A DNA stretch of 63,506 nt, filler included, from Reclinomonas americana ATCC 50394 (taxonomy: Eukaryota): NCBI GenBank assembly GCA_048213135.1. It is 7 parts of 6 records of this genome, joined end to end, with 100 filler letters (N's around TTAATTAATTAA, not from the genome) between each part and the next. Parts side by side here need not be neighbours in the genome. Positions count along the whole stretch, not along the records: positions 8,943 to 17,030 come from PS015594.1; positions 17,131 to 38,322 come from PS015596.1; 5 more parts are not named here. One strand, written 5' to 3'. Each line of letters opens with the position of its first letter. The stretch's first letter is position 1. The notes beneath the pieces were generated by a model. The model was not told where the DNA came from. It ran no database searches and saw only the letters and a list, made by a program, of their open reading frames with translations. Shown piece by piece: positions 12,092 through 23,950 of the stretch. Position numbers and translations under genes: made by a program.

Positions 12092-13708
12092 NNNNNNNNN
12101 NNNNNNNNNNNNNNNNNNNNNNNNNNNNNNNNNNNNNNNNNNNNNNNNNNNNNNNNNNNNNNNNNNNNNNNNNNNNNNNNNNNNNNNNNNNNNNNNNNNN
12201 NNNNNNNNNNNNNNNNNNNNNNNNNNNNNNNNNNNNNNNNNNNNNNNNNNNNNNNNNNNNNNNNNNNNNNNNNNNNNNNNNNNNNNNNNNNNNNNNNNNN
12301 NNNNNNNNNNNNNNNNNNNNNNNNNNNNNNNNNNNNNNNNNNNNNNNNNNNNNNNNNNNNNNNNNNNNNNNNNNNNNNNNNNNNNNNNNNNNNNNNNNNN
12401 NNNNNNNNNNNNNNNNNNNNNNNNNNNNNNNNNNNNNNNNNNNNNNNNNNNNNNNNNNNNNNNNNNNNNNNNNNNNNNNNNNNNNNNNNNNNNNNNNNNN
12501 NNNNNNNNNNNNNNNNNNNNNNNNNNNNNNNNNNNNNNNNNNNNNNNNNNNNNNNNNNNNNNNNNNNNNNNNNNNNNNNNNNNNNNNNNNNNNNNNNNNN
12601 NNNNNNNNNNNNNNNNNNNNNNNNNNNNNNNNNNNNNNNNNNNNNNNNNNNNNNNNNNNNNNNNNNNNNNNNNNNNNNNNNNNNNNNNNNNNNNNNNNNN
12701 NNNNNNNNNNNNNNNNNNNNNNNNNNNNNNNNNNNNNNNNAAGAGGGGCAGAAAAGGGGGAAGGGATAATGAGGAAAGGGAGAGAGAGAAGAAAGGGACG
12801 GTGGATCAGGGACTAGTACTGCCAATGACTGAAGAGGAAGGAACGATAGGGGAGAAAGAAAGCATCATACGGTCGCTTCTCTGCCTTCTCAGTTGCTTCC
12901 ACATGGAGAAAGAGGAGAATGTAAAGAGGAAGTGCGGCTGCAACTCTGCTTCTTGCAATCACAATATTTCTCTCTCGTATAGTCTGTCCATTTGTTCTCT
13001 CCTCTTTCACAACAAGAGAAGAATAAGGAGAGCAGAACTGGAAGTACAGCTGCAAGTCTGTGTCTCATTTCATTCTATTGTGTGTTCTCCCGTTTCGCAA
13101 GGAGGAGAAGGAAGCGAAGAGAGTGCAGTGCACAAAGTGGGAGTACGACTGCAACTCTGCTTCTTCCTGTCTCCTCCCTTTCTCACTCACGTGCCATCGT
13201 TGCTCGTTCTGCTTCTCTAGAGACAAGAAGAAGAAGAAGACGACGACAAAGAGCAGGAGAAGAAGGAGTACAGAGAAGCGGAGTGTCTTTGCACCTCTGG
13301 TCTCACTCTCTCTCTCTCTCTCACTCTCGCCATTTCAAGTACAGAATAAGGAGGAGAAGCGAAAGAAGCATGCACAGCGCGGAGAGAAGATGTGTCACTT
13401 CTCTCCTTTCCCTCTCCCTCCCTCCCTCCTCCTCCTCCTCCTCCTCTCTCTCTCTCTCTCTCTCTCTCCTNNNNNNNNNNNNNNNNNNNNNNNNNNNNNN
13501 NNNNNNNNNNNNNNNNNNNNNNNNNNNNNNNNNNNNNNNNNNNNNNNNNNNNNNNNNNNNNGCAACTCCGCTCCATCCTGTCTTGAGGACCAAGTCCAAC
13601 CATCAACACAAACACGACCGTTGACCCTCGGTAGAACAAGTCCACCAGTTGTATCCCAAGCGCATCCTATTAATTCTTCAATGAAGAATGCTCATTCAGT
13701 GACGTCAC

Positions 13709-13913
13709 TCACGGAGGCGATGGCAGCGTATCGTCGGCAGTGGCGCCCGCGGCCTTGATGACACCGACAAACTTGCTGCGCTGGCCAGTGGTGCCGAACA
13801 CAATGGCGCCTGTCCAGTCGGAGATGAACGGCATGTCGGCGTCCATGGCGGTCTTGATCACCAGTGCCTTGCTCTTCGAGTCGATCTTGTACTTGGCGGA
13901 GGCTGAGGAGGGG
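13709..13913 (-). CDS. C-terminal half of a secreted-family domain (either the flipped end of copy D or a fifth, inverted copy)
   Basis: SAKYKIDSKSKALVIKT...DWTGAIVFGTTGQRSKFVGVIKAAGATADDTL aligns with NAKYKIVDNKTLRVKF...DWTGLIET...AGAAVDNTL. It starts about where copy D is cut off. Confidence 0.72.
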
Positions 13914-14572
13914 NNNNNNNNNNNNNNNNNNNNNNNNNNNNNNNNNNNNNNNNNNNNNNNNNNNNNNNNNNNNNNNNNNNNNNNNNNNNNNNNNNNNNNN
14001 NNNNNNNNNNNNNNNNNNNNNNNNNNNNNNNNNNNNNNNNNNNNNNNNNNNNNNNNNNNNNNNNNNNNNNNNNNNNNNNNNNNNNNNNNNNNNNNNNNNN
14101 NNNNNNNNNNNNNNNNNNNNNNNNNNNNNNNNNNNNNNNNNNNNNNNNNNNNNNNNNNNNNNNNNNNNNNNNNNNNNNNNNNNNNNNNNNNNNNNNNNNN
14201 NNNNNNNNNNNNNNNNNNNNNNNNNNNNNNNNNNNNNNNNNNNNNNNNNNNNNNNNNNNNNNNNNNNNNNNNNNNNNNNNNNNNNNNNNNNNNNNNNNNN
14301 NNNNNNNNNNNNNNNNNNNNNNNNNNNNNNNNNNNNNNNNNNNNNNNNNNNNNNNNNNNNNNNNNNNNNNNNNNNNNNNNNNNNNNNNNNNNNNNNNNNN
14401 NNNNNNNNNNNNNNNNNNNNNNNNNNNNNNNNNNNNNNNNNNNNNNNNTTGCCTCACGGATTCGGGTGACGCACCATAACTTTTCACTTTTATCAAGTTC
14501 TTCCACGGACAACGCACAACAGCAAGTGGTCTCTCACATCGTCGACTCCACTCTCACTGTGCTGGCTGCTAC

Positions 14573-15692
14573 CTAGCTTTTTCCGCGCGAGAGCGCCTCC
14601 GCATTCAGCTGCAGCTGGTCGATCATGCTCATGGCCCTTTCGAGCTGGCTCTCCTGCTTAACGGAAACACTCCGCAGCTCCTCGTAGCGCGCCTCGACCG
14701 CACTACGCTCCCGCCTACTCGCGTCCAGTTCTTCTCTCAGCTGCGCCTCAACTGCACTGTGTTCCAGCCGACTCGCGTCCAGTTCTTCTCTCAGCCGCGC
14801 CTCAACTGCACTGTGTTCCAGCCGACTCGCGTCCAGTTCTTCTCTCAGCCGCGCCTCAGCTGCACTGTGTTCCCGCCGCCTCGCGTCCAGTTCTTCTCTC
14901 AGCTGCGCCTCGACTTGTGCTGCGCGCTCTGTTGACACATGCATCTGTTCCTCCAACTGTTGACGCTCGCGGGTGGCCGTCTCCAGTCCACGCTGCAGCC
15001 GCTGTCGGTCCTCGTGACACGAGGCGAGCTGCGTTCGCACGACCACCATCTCGGCGGCGTTCTCCTCCTGGATTCGCCCGCTCTTCTCCGCTGCCTCCTG
15101 CCGCCATTGATTTTCGCACCTGGCAACTTGCAGTTCCGACTGTTGTTGACGAAGTTGCATCTGCAGCTGAAGCCGCTCGTCTTGCAGTCGTTTTGTGGCC
15201 TCCACTTGAGCTTCAAGCTGCTTCTGTAGACCATCCTGTTCGGCGGCCGCTACCTGCAGCCCTTGCTGCCGCCGCTCGGCGATTCTCATGCAGCTGTTGA
15301 GCTCCTGTTCCAGTCGTCGGACCTGCTGCTGAAGGTCGGCGCGCTCTTGTTCCAACTGCTCATTCGCGGTCCGCTGTTGGTTCACCGTCCGTTGCAACCT
15401 GTCCAGCTGACCTTGCCTCGCGGTTAGGTGGATTTGGTACCCTGTCGTCGCTTGTTGCTGCGCTTGCGTTGCCGCCTTCAGCTGAGCTTGCAAGTCGGCA
15501 CACATGTGTTCGTGCTTGTCGGCCTCCACCTGTCGGCGGTGATTTGCCGAACTGAGATCGCGTTCACAAACGGCAAGGTTCGCTTTCAACTGCTCGCACT
15601 CTCGATCCGCGCACCGCACACGTTGCTGCCACTCAGAGCATTGTCGGCAGCGCTGTTGTTGCGGGTCGACGTCCGGATCCGTGCATGACTCG

Positions 15693-15737
<45 letters not shown>

Positions 15738-16420
15738 CCGTTTTGTCCCATGGCCAGATCTAGAAGCTGTGGTGGTGGTGCTGGTGCGTTCTTCTGCTGC
15801 GGTTGTTGTTGCTGTTGTCGATGCGGTTGCACATGCTGCGGCTGCGGCTGCTGCGGAAGTGGCGGCGGTCTCGGAACAGACTCCACGACGAGCGCCTCTT
15901 GCCGTTCAACCAGGAGCTTGACGGCGTACATGTGGTTATAAATGGCGGCCAACTGCGCAGCGTTGGCAGTCTTGCCACCATTCATGCGCTTGACCATGGG
16001 GACAAGGTTCGGGTACCTGGTGGCAAGGCGAGCGGCAATCGCCCAGTGGCCTCGACGTGCAGCGTTATGCAGCGCCGTGTTGCCACTAGCGTCAGTGGCC
16101 AGCGCCATCTCCTGCGAGCAGCGACGGTCGTCTTCGAAAAGCCATTCCACCACTTGCGTGCGCCCATTCCAGGCAGCGGTCATGAGGGGCGTTCTTCGGC
16201 GGCTGTCGGTCAAGGACGCCAGTTGCAGACCGACACCGCTGTCGCTCCACAGAAAGGCGAGTATGTCGAGCTGATTGTATCGTGCGGCGACGAAGAAGAC
16301 CGACGCGCCGTCACGATCCATGTTCGCTGGCTGCAGCAACGACTGCGCACCCTGGCGGGCGACAAAGTCGCGCAGCGCTGCCAGTTGGCCGGCGGCGGCC
16401 ATGTCGATAGGGCTGCGCAT
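14573..16420 (-). CDS. Ankyrin-repeat, poly-Q and long coiled-coil protein (apparently intronless)
   Basis: Ankyrin motifs GASVFFVAARYN, RRTPLMTAAWNG and GNTALHNAARRGH, followed by a Q/E/R-rich heptad region. Start chosen at MRSPIDM; the open frame extends to 16738. Confidence 0.85.
14688..14912 (-). repeat. Coding tandem repeat, 54 nt x about 4 (EARLREELDASRLEHSAV)
   Basis: CTCGCGTCCAGTTCTTCTCTCAG recurs at 14718, 14772, 14826 and 14880. Confidence 0.9.
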
Positions 16421-17389
16421 GCGGAGCGGGGGGAGAATGTCAGGGTTCAGTTGATATACACAGGACTGATGGTGTTGAGTCGACAGAGAAAAGGAAAAAC
16501 AAGAGAGAGAGAAGATCAAACTGTGTGAGACAATTGCGATTGGAGAATGGCGACGTGGATCACACGCAGCGGGCATACGCACACACACGCGTGCGCGCAA
16601 GTACAGCCGACGCACCAGCTCATGTTGAGTTTTTCCGAGCGCGCGAGGTCGAACACAAAAAACACGGATTTTTGGAGTTGTCTGTCGGGTGGTCTTGGAA
16701 GGAGGGATGTCGTCGGATTCCAAATCGGCACCCGACACTGCACACTATAGTTATTTTTATTTCTTTTTTGCGCAACTGAGCAGCACAGAACCGGAAAAGC
16801 CATCACCCATCGAGCATCGCCGACGTCGACCGCTGCGCTGCGGTCAGCAGCAGACGGCCTGCCGCTGCCCCTTCAAGACTGGTATTTGTGTTGATAGCTT
16901 GGATATGCATATGGTTGGACTTGATCAGTGTCAAGGGAAGAGACAGTGGGTGACTTCGCGCGATCGCAGTTGTCCTCCTCATGTCCTCTTTGTTTCTCTG
17001 CCAGCGTCCGTCGTCAGTGAGCGAGAGAGCNNNNNNNNNNNNNNNNNNNNNNNNNNNNNNNNNNNNNNNNNNNNTTAATTAATTAANNNNNNNNNNNNNN
17101 NNNNNNNNNNNNNNNNNNNNNNNNNNNNNNTACGTGTTGATGCTTTGCATGTTGCTGGACTTTGTCGTCAAGACAGCTGTTGCTTGCAATTGGTGAATGA
17201 ATTGTTGTTGTTGTTGATATCGTCGATTCATCGATGTCGCTGTTGATGTCCAAGTTGCAAGATGGTGAGCAAGGTATTATATTTGTTGTTTGCAATTCCC
17301 TGATCTGCACCTTGAAGGCGAAAACTGTGCAACCTTACACAAGGTTTCCCGCGTTTTCTTGCTCGCGCCCAGTCGGTTGACACTTGCTC

Positions 17390-18615
17390 ATGTCTGACGT
17401 CGAAGAAGAGGCGCCTCCTTCTCACCACACTGCTGCTGAGGAAGAAGAGGAGATAGCAGCAGAGGAAGAAGAGAAAGAAGAAGAGGAAGATGCGAGTGAA
17501 GAGCGCGTAGAATCGGCCGCGCACAGTGGACGAGGACGAGGAGAAGAAGAGGAAGAAGAGCAAGAGGAGGAGGAGCAAAGAGAGGAGGAGCAAGAGGAGG
17601 AGGAGGAGGAGGAGGAGCCAGAGGAGAGCAATGTGAGCGGAGACACTGAGTTGCAACAGGCGCAAGAAGGTAAGTGCGAGACAATGATCACAGCACACAA
17701 ACACACACACACACACACTCACTCTCGCACACACTCTCTCTCACACACACGCACTCTCTCTCACACACACTCACACTCACTCACATATTCTCACTCTCGT
17801 TCTCCTCTCTCTCACTCACTCTCTCTCTCTCTCACACACACTCCCTCCTCTCTCTCCCTCACACTCACACACACACACCTCCTCACACCCTTTTGCGATA
17901 TTCGACACACACTCTGACAAATCGGACACGACAGATGAAGAAGCCTCTGCCTTTGAGGAAGAAGATCACCATCACGAGGAGCGGCAGGACGAGGAGGACA
18001 CTGGCAGCTCACAGGAAGACGAGGCCGAGGCTGAAGTCGAAGCAGAGAGCGAAGAAGAAGAGGAAGAGGAGCATCAAGACCTGCTGGACATTGTCGATCA
18101 GGTGCGCGAGGCTGAGCGACAAGAGGAGGAGGCAGAGCGTCCTCTGTCGCGTCCCTTTGCGGGTGGATCCTCGCGACGTCGCGCGAGGCGAGTGAGTGGT
18201 GTCAAGGCCGACGAGCAGGACGATGATGGCGATGAAGAGGAGCCGGATCTGCTGGATATGGTGGCGAACAGTGCGCGTGGTGCGTCGCACGGGCACAGCG
18301 ATTGGTATGATATCGGACGGCGAGCGGAGGCCGAGGTGCGGGAGGAGGATGAGCAGATTGCGGCCAAGGCTGCGGCTGCGGCCAAGGAGACGCAGGCGGT
18401 GGTTGAGGCTGCGGCTGCTGCCGCTGCCGCTGCCAAGCAGCAACAACAGCAGCAGCAGGCGGCCAAGTTGTTGGCGCCTGGTGGATTGCGTGCTGCGAGT
18501 GGATTGCATGTGGATGTCGCGGTGGGTGTGCGGAGAAATGGGAAAGGGAGGGGGAAGAGGGAAAGCGAGGGCGGCAGACACAGATATCAGCTTCTTGTAC
18601 TGTTGCACTATGCAG

Positions 18616-18671
<56 letters not shown>

Positions 18672-21600
18672 CAGATAGACAGAGACTTCCGTGTGCTGTC
18701 GCATTCCCCAGAGAGAGGGAAATCCAGACAGACAAAGCATCTTCTGCTGTCTCGCTCACCCTTTCCCTACTTTCTGTACAGTCCCCCTCCCCATCACCCA
18801 CCATGCCGTTCGTGTTCCCTTCGGGTTCCGCCCTCCCCCCACCATTCGCTCTGGCCGAGAGCCCCGGCGCACTGCCCGGCATTGGATCGTCGTCGGCGGC
18901 GGCGGCGCCAGCTGACGGCCTGTTGCCGTCCATGCTGCGATCGACGGACGTGCTGGGTGGAAACGGTGGTGGAGGCAGCGGGCGCATGGCCGGCGACGAA
19001 CAGATGCACGACGAACCGAGCGATCTGTTCTCGTCTGTGCGCATGGCCACCATTGGCGACGGCATGGACGAGGAGGGACCATTTGGCGTGCGTGCAGAGA
19101 TTCCAGTCGGCTTGCCGGCTGCCGGACGCCCCGTGTCATTCCTGGAGGACTTTGTGCGGCGGAGGGTCATGCCAGTGGTGGCGCAGACGGCAGCAGGTAC
19201 GAAGTGGGGCAGAGTCGTAAGTGGGAGACTCCACACTCGTCACTGCTTTGCTCCTGACTGACAGTGCCTCTCTTTCTCTCCCTCTCCCTCCCTCCCTTCC
19301 ATTCTCTCTCTCCTTTCTCATTCGTCTCTCATTCTCTCTTGCTCTTGTCTCTCCCTCTTTCTCTCCCTCTCCCTCACTCCCTCCCTTCCAGTCTCTCCCT
19401 CCCTCCTTTCTCTTTCTTCACTCTTTCTCTAGCTTGTCTCATCTCTCTCTCTCTCTCCACGTCCCGCGACTTTATGGTTTGGTGTTGGGCGTCTGTGAAA
19501 GAGAACAAGAAAGATTCGACTGGAAAGCAAAAGACTAAGAGGGACGGCGAGAGAGTCGCTGACTGTCAACCATTTGGGGCTCTCTCCGATATGCGTCCCT
19601 CAAAGGTGCTTCTTGACTCTATAATCTGGTAAACAGGCAGTGACTCGCTCGCCTCTCTATTCTTCTCTTCTCCTTCTCCTCCCTTCACTGCCTCACTTTC
19701 TGTTACCGCGATGTCGCTTTCCATCTTTGATTTTACTGATGCCCTCTCTCCTTCATCCCTCCCCCTCCTCCTTCTCCCCTCTCTCTCCCCCCTTCTCCTC
19801 ATCTCCACTCACTTCTCCATCAATGCAGGAGAACCCACTTCATCACACTCGCAACAACCGAGCATCAAGGCACAGCGCGCACAAAAGCAAGCCGCGCAGC
19901 TTCGCGACGACGCCCGTCGCATTGTGCGCGACTTTGTCGGCGCCTCCCAGTCCGACATTGTCGTGTTTTCCGGCAACAGCTCACGCGACGCCCTGTACCA
20001 GTTGGTGGATCTGCTGCACATGCGCGCCAGCAACGGCGGAGGCCCTGGCGGTAATGGAGTCGGTGGCAGCAGTGCTGGCGGCGGTGCGGCGGGAGGAGCG
20101 CAGGCGGCCTCGGCCAAACCGTCGCGCTACGCGTTGAGCGCCGCCCCCGTTGTGTTTGTGAACAGCCAGGATTGCGCGGATGCCTGGCGCGACAGCATTG
20201 CGCAGGTGGTGTCGATCCCCTACGTCACCGACGGATGTGTGAATGAGGAGGCGCTGGAGGTGCGTGTCATTGCCGCCTACGTTGTCTATTGTCCATTTTC
20301 TAATTGACCTCATCGCTGTGACTGCAGGCTCAACTCTGCAAGTACAGCGAGCGGCCGGTGAAGATTGGCTGCTTGTCTAGCACGTCCGCATTGAATGGTC
20401 TCGGCTGCGACGTGGCCTTCCTGTCAGCACTGTTGCACCGATATGGCGCTCTGGTTTGTTAAGCTGAGAAAGGAAGAGAACACGCGTGCATGCCGTTTCT
20501 CATGTTTTACTCGCAGGCCGTGTGGGACATGTCGTGCTCGGCGCCATTCACCGTCCCGCAAATGACCTTTGTGCCACCCGATGCGGAGGGTGGCCACGGT
20601 TCGTCGTCGGCCGATGGCGGCGCCGTGACTCGGGTGCTCGATTCTGCCGATGCGGTGATTATTGATCCCAGTCAGTTTACTGGTGGGTTGGGAAAAGGGG
20701 GGGACAAGGGGGAGGGGAAGGGGGAAAGGGGGTAAGGGTGAAGGGTGAAGGATGAAGGGAACGGGTGTATCCAGACACACTCATCATACATCTCTCACTC
20801 GCTCTTTTCTTTCTCTCGCTGTCTCGCTCTCCTGCTCATGGCCACCGTTCCTTTCACCCATATATCACTTTCTGTGATCCCCTTTCTCAGTACCCATTAT
20901 GTACATTCACAATCTCTCACTTTCTGCACATCCCTACTTCTTGCAAGCTTTCTCCATCTCTCACTCTCTTTCTGTTCATTGTTTCTCGCCGTTCTTGCTT
21001 TACCTCTCTCTCTCTCTCTCCCTCTTTCTCTGTTTCTTGCCACTCTGCCTCTTCGTCCATCTCTCATTTTTTCTTGTTCCCATTTTCTACCACTCATTCT
21101 TTTCGCTCTCATCCTTGTTTCTCATCTCGTTTATTTTCTCGCACTCTTTCCGCCAGTCCCTCCACTCTTCCGATGCATTCATCATTTGCTTTCTCTCTCT
21201 CTGCACCAATCTCACTTTCTCAACTCATCCCTGTTTCTGTCATCACTCCATTTCTTGTCCATCTCTCTCTCTATATATATCCCTGCTTCTTATCACTCTT
21301 CCCTTTCGCCCATCTCTCTCTTCTCTGCTCATTCCTGTTTTTCTCACCCTCCTTGCTTTCCCTACGCAGGCGGCGCCGGTGCCAGTGCCGTGCTGGTCGT
21401 GCGCAAAGAGCTCTTCAAATCTCAGCCCTCGCAAGGCATGGAGGTCACCGAGTTTGTGCGCTACCTGCAAGATCTGGAGGTGCTGGAGCGCAGTGAGGCC
21501 TCCGACTTGGTTCCGAGTGTGCGTGCGGGCTTGGCATTGCAGCTACGCGAGGCGCTACCGTTGCAGGGGCTGCGGCAGCGACTGGTCGATTTGCATCTGC

Positions 21601-23789
21601 GGGCCTACTCGCAGCTGCGCAAGTGCCAGAATGTTGTCGTGTTGAACGATGATTTGTTTGATGGGTCGATTGTTGCGTGGGGCAGAGGGAGAGGGGTGAG
21701 GAGGGAGAAGAGGGTGGTGTTGAGCGAGAGGGGAAATCGTTGAGTGTTTGAGAGATCCTGCGGGGAGAGGGGAGTGGAAGGTAGAGAGTAGCTGATGCGT
21801 GAGTGTCAGAGATTGGAATGTGAACAGTGAGGAACGAAAGAGTGCTGCGAGAGACATTTGGGCGATGGATTTAGCATTGATATCTCTGAGAAAGAAAAAA
21901 GTGAGACCGGAGAGAGATGTATATAGGCGATTGGTCGCTTGCTTGCAGCGAGAGTGAGTGCTTGAGATGACTGGAGAATGAATGCCTGTGAGAGGGAAGA
22001 AATCGATAGCGGGAAAGTGAGTGAGAGCACATGGAGGAGTTCATGGCTTCTGGGAGAGAACATGGACATATTTTGCGCGTGATGGATCGAGTGGGAATGG
22101 AGCACATTTCTCTTCAATTCACCTTCTCCTCCTCCCTCCCTCCCTCCCTTTCCTCTTGCCCACTTGCTTCCCCCGCACACAGAACCTCCCCGAAACCATG
22201 GTCGTCGACCCATACCTCGTCCCCTGCATCGCCTTCCTGGTGCGTCCGACGGAGCTGGCCAACGGAAACGGCCACACGCCCAATCTGCTGCATCACAACC
22301 TGGTCGCCACGCTCCTGCGCGACTTGTTTGGCGTCAAGGTGGCACCAGTCACCGTCGATGCATTCGCGGCACCGTATGCCGACCTCAGTGACAAGTACAC
22401 TGGGCGTGCCTCGAAGCCTACAGGTTTGTGTGACATATCAATCGATCTCTGTGTACAGTAGTGCACGTGTTTATTCGTGTGTTTGTTTGTGTTTAAGTTG
22501 CTCTTTCTCTGTCTCTCGCGTCCCTTGCGTCTCTAGATGCTTGGACTCCTTTTCTCCTCTCGCTCTATTTCTCTCTATGTCTGTCTGTCTGTCTGTCTAT
22601 CTCTCTTCTCCCTCTCTCTTTCTCCGTCTGTCTTCTTGTCTTTGTGTGGTTGTGCGTTTGTGTGCCTGCATGCTCTTCCACCTCATCTCGCTTGCGTCTC
22701 TTTCCACTCCATATCTTGTCTCCCTCCCTCTCCCCCTCTCCCCGTTGTCTCTCTCTCTCTCNNNNNNNNNNNNNNNNNNNNCGGCGCCAATCATTTCGTC
22801 GGCAGGATCCAGCAGCTGACCCCAGTCCTCCAGCAGCGACAGCAGCCGCTTCGCCTGCTGCATGTAATTCTCAAACGTCTCGTGCGCCGATGCCGCACTC
22901 CGTCGCAGCACCTCGGATGGCTTGCCGCGACCGCCAACTCCGCGACCACTCCCTTTTTCATGGACTTTGCGTCAGCATCTAGAAACCCAAGGAGACTCAA
23001 ACCTCTGACAAACAAAACACACCTCCCATTCCCGGCAACCGATGCGGTGGCTTGCCGAGCGAGAACTGCCCGCCGTCGTACGAAATGGCTCCCAACGACA
23101 CACTGTCGTCCTTGTCGAGAATGGAGATGATTTTCGGGTAGGCAGCCACCTGCGACGACGACAGGCCGCCAGAGCCGTTCGATTCGTGCTCACTCGGGGC
23201 CAGTGGGCGCATCAGCAGCCACTCGCCCGAGCGGCTGTCCATGGCGTACACACGGAGGAAGCGCAACCCGTTGGTGGCCACAAAGGTGATGGCGCGGCAC
23301 ACGCGGTCCACCGTGTCGTCCCGAGTGTACGGATCGAACAGCACGGTGCACCAGCCCTTGCGGAACGATGGGTCGGGGAGCTTGACGCGACCATCGGCTG
23401 CAGTAGCAGAGAGAGAGAGAGANNNNNNNNNNNNNNNNNNNNAAAGCGCCGTTGCCAGCTCACACTCGCGGTGGTACGTGGTCGGCAGCGACCTCAACAT
23501 GCGCTCCAAGGCGCCTGCCCGCAAGGCCACACGCAACCGCGGAAGCGGAAGCGGCAATGGCGATGGATCGTCCCCGGTTCCGCCCGCCGGCGGCAAGAAA
23601 TCGGCGGCGGCGGCGAGTGGCAGCAAGGCCACAGCTGGTTCCGGCGGCGCCACCAAGGCCGGCAAGAAGGGCGTGGCGGCAAAGATCGATGTGACTCAAG
23701 CGTCGTCGGCAGCGGCCGGAGGAGGAGCAGCAGCCCCACAGCGACAGAACCGCACCTCTCCCCTCGGCAATCGCACAAGACGCAAGTGA
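17390..23789 (+). CDS. Large multi-exon protein: acidic N-terminus plus a degenerate class-V aminotransferase/cysteine-desulfurase-like domain
   Basis: Exons give [91 protein letters not shown] and [17 protein letters not shown]. These match the recalled motif order of that family. Part of the C-terminus lies in a flipped block. Confidence 0.75.
22782..23422 (-). other. Sub-contig placed in reverse orientation, carrying C-terminal exons of the class-V PLP-like gene
   Basis: Minus strand reads [12 protein letters not shown]...[28 protein letters not shown] (family KPGW.R..F.Y...Y.FD..TG.W motif). The block is bounded by two 20-N gaps. Confidence 0.75.
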
Positions 23790-23950
23790 GCGCACGGGGG
23801 AGGGAGAGAGCATGTACTTGTGTTTTACGCTTTCGGGGAGAAAAATGTACTCTTTTTTTCTGTGTCCAGATCATTGCCGAGGCTGCGGCATGCGGCTGCT
23901 CGGCGAGTTCCCTCGAATGCGCGTCGACGAGAGGCATTGTTGCACTCTGG

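Noticed and set aside
22782..23422. Exons on the opposite strand of their gene (trans-splicing or gene scrambling?)
   Set aside because: The block is bounded exactly by N gaps, so mis-orientation in scaffolding is the simpler explanation. The same may apply to 13562-13913.
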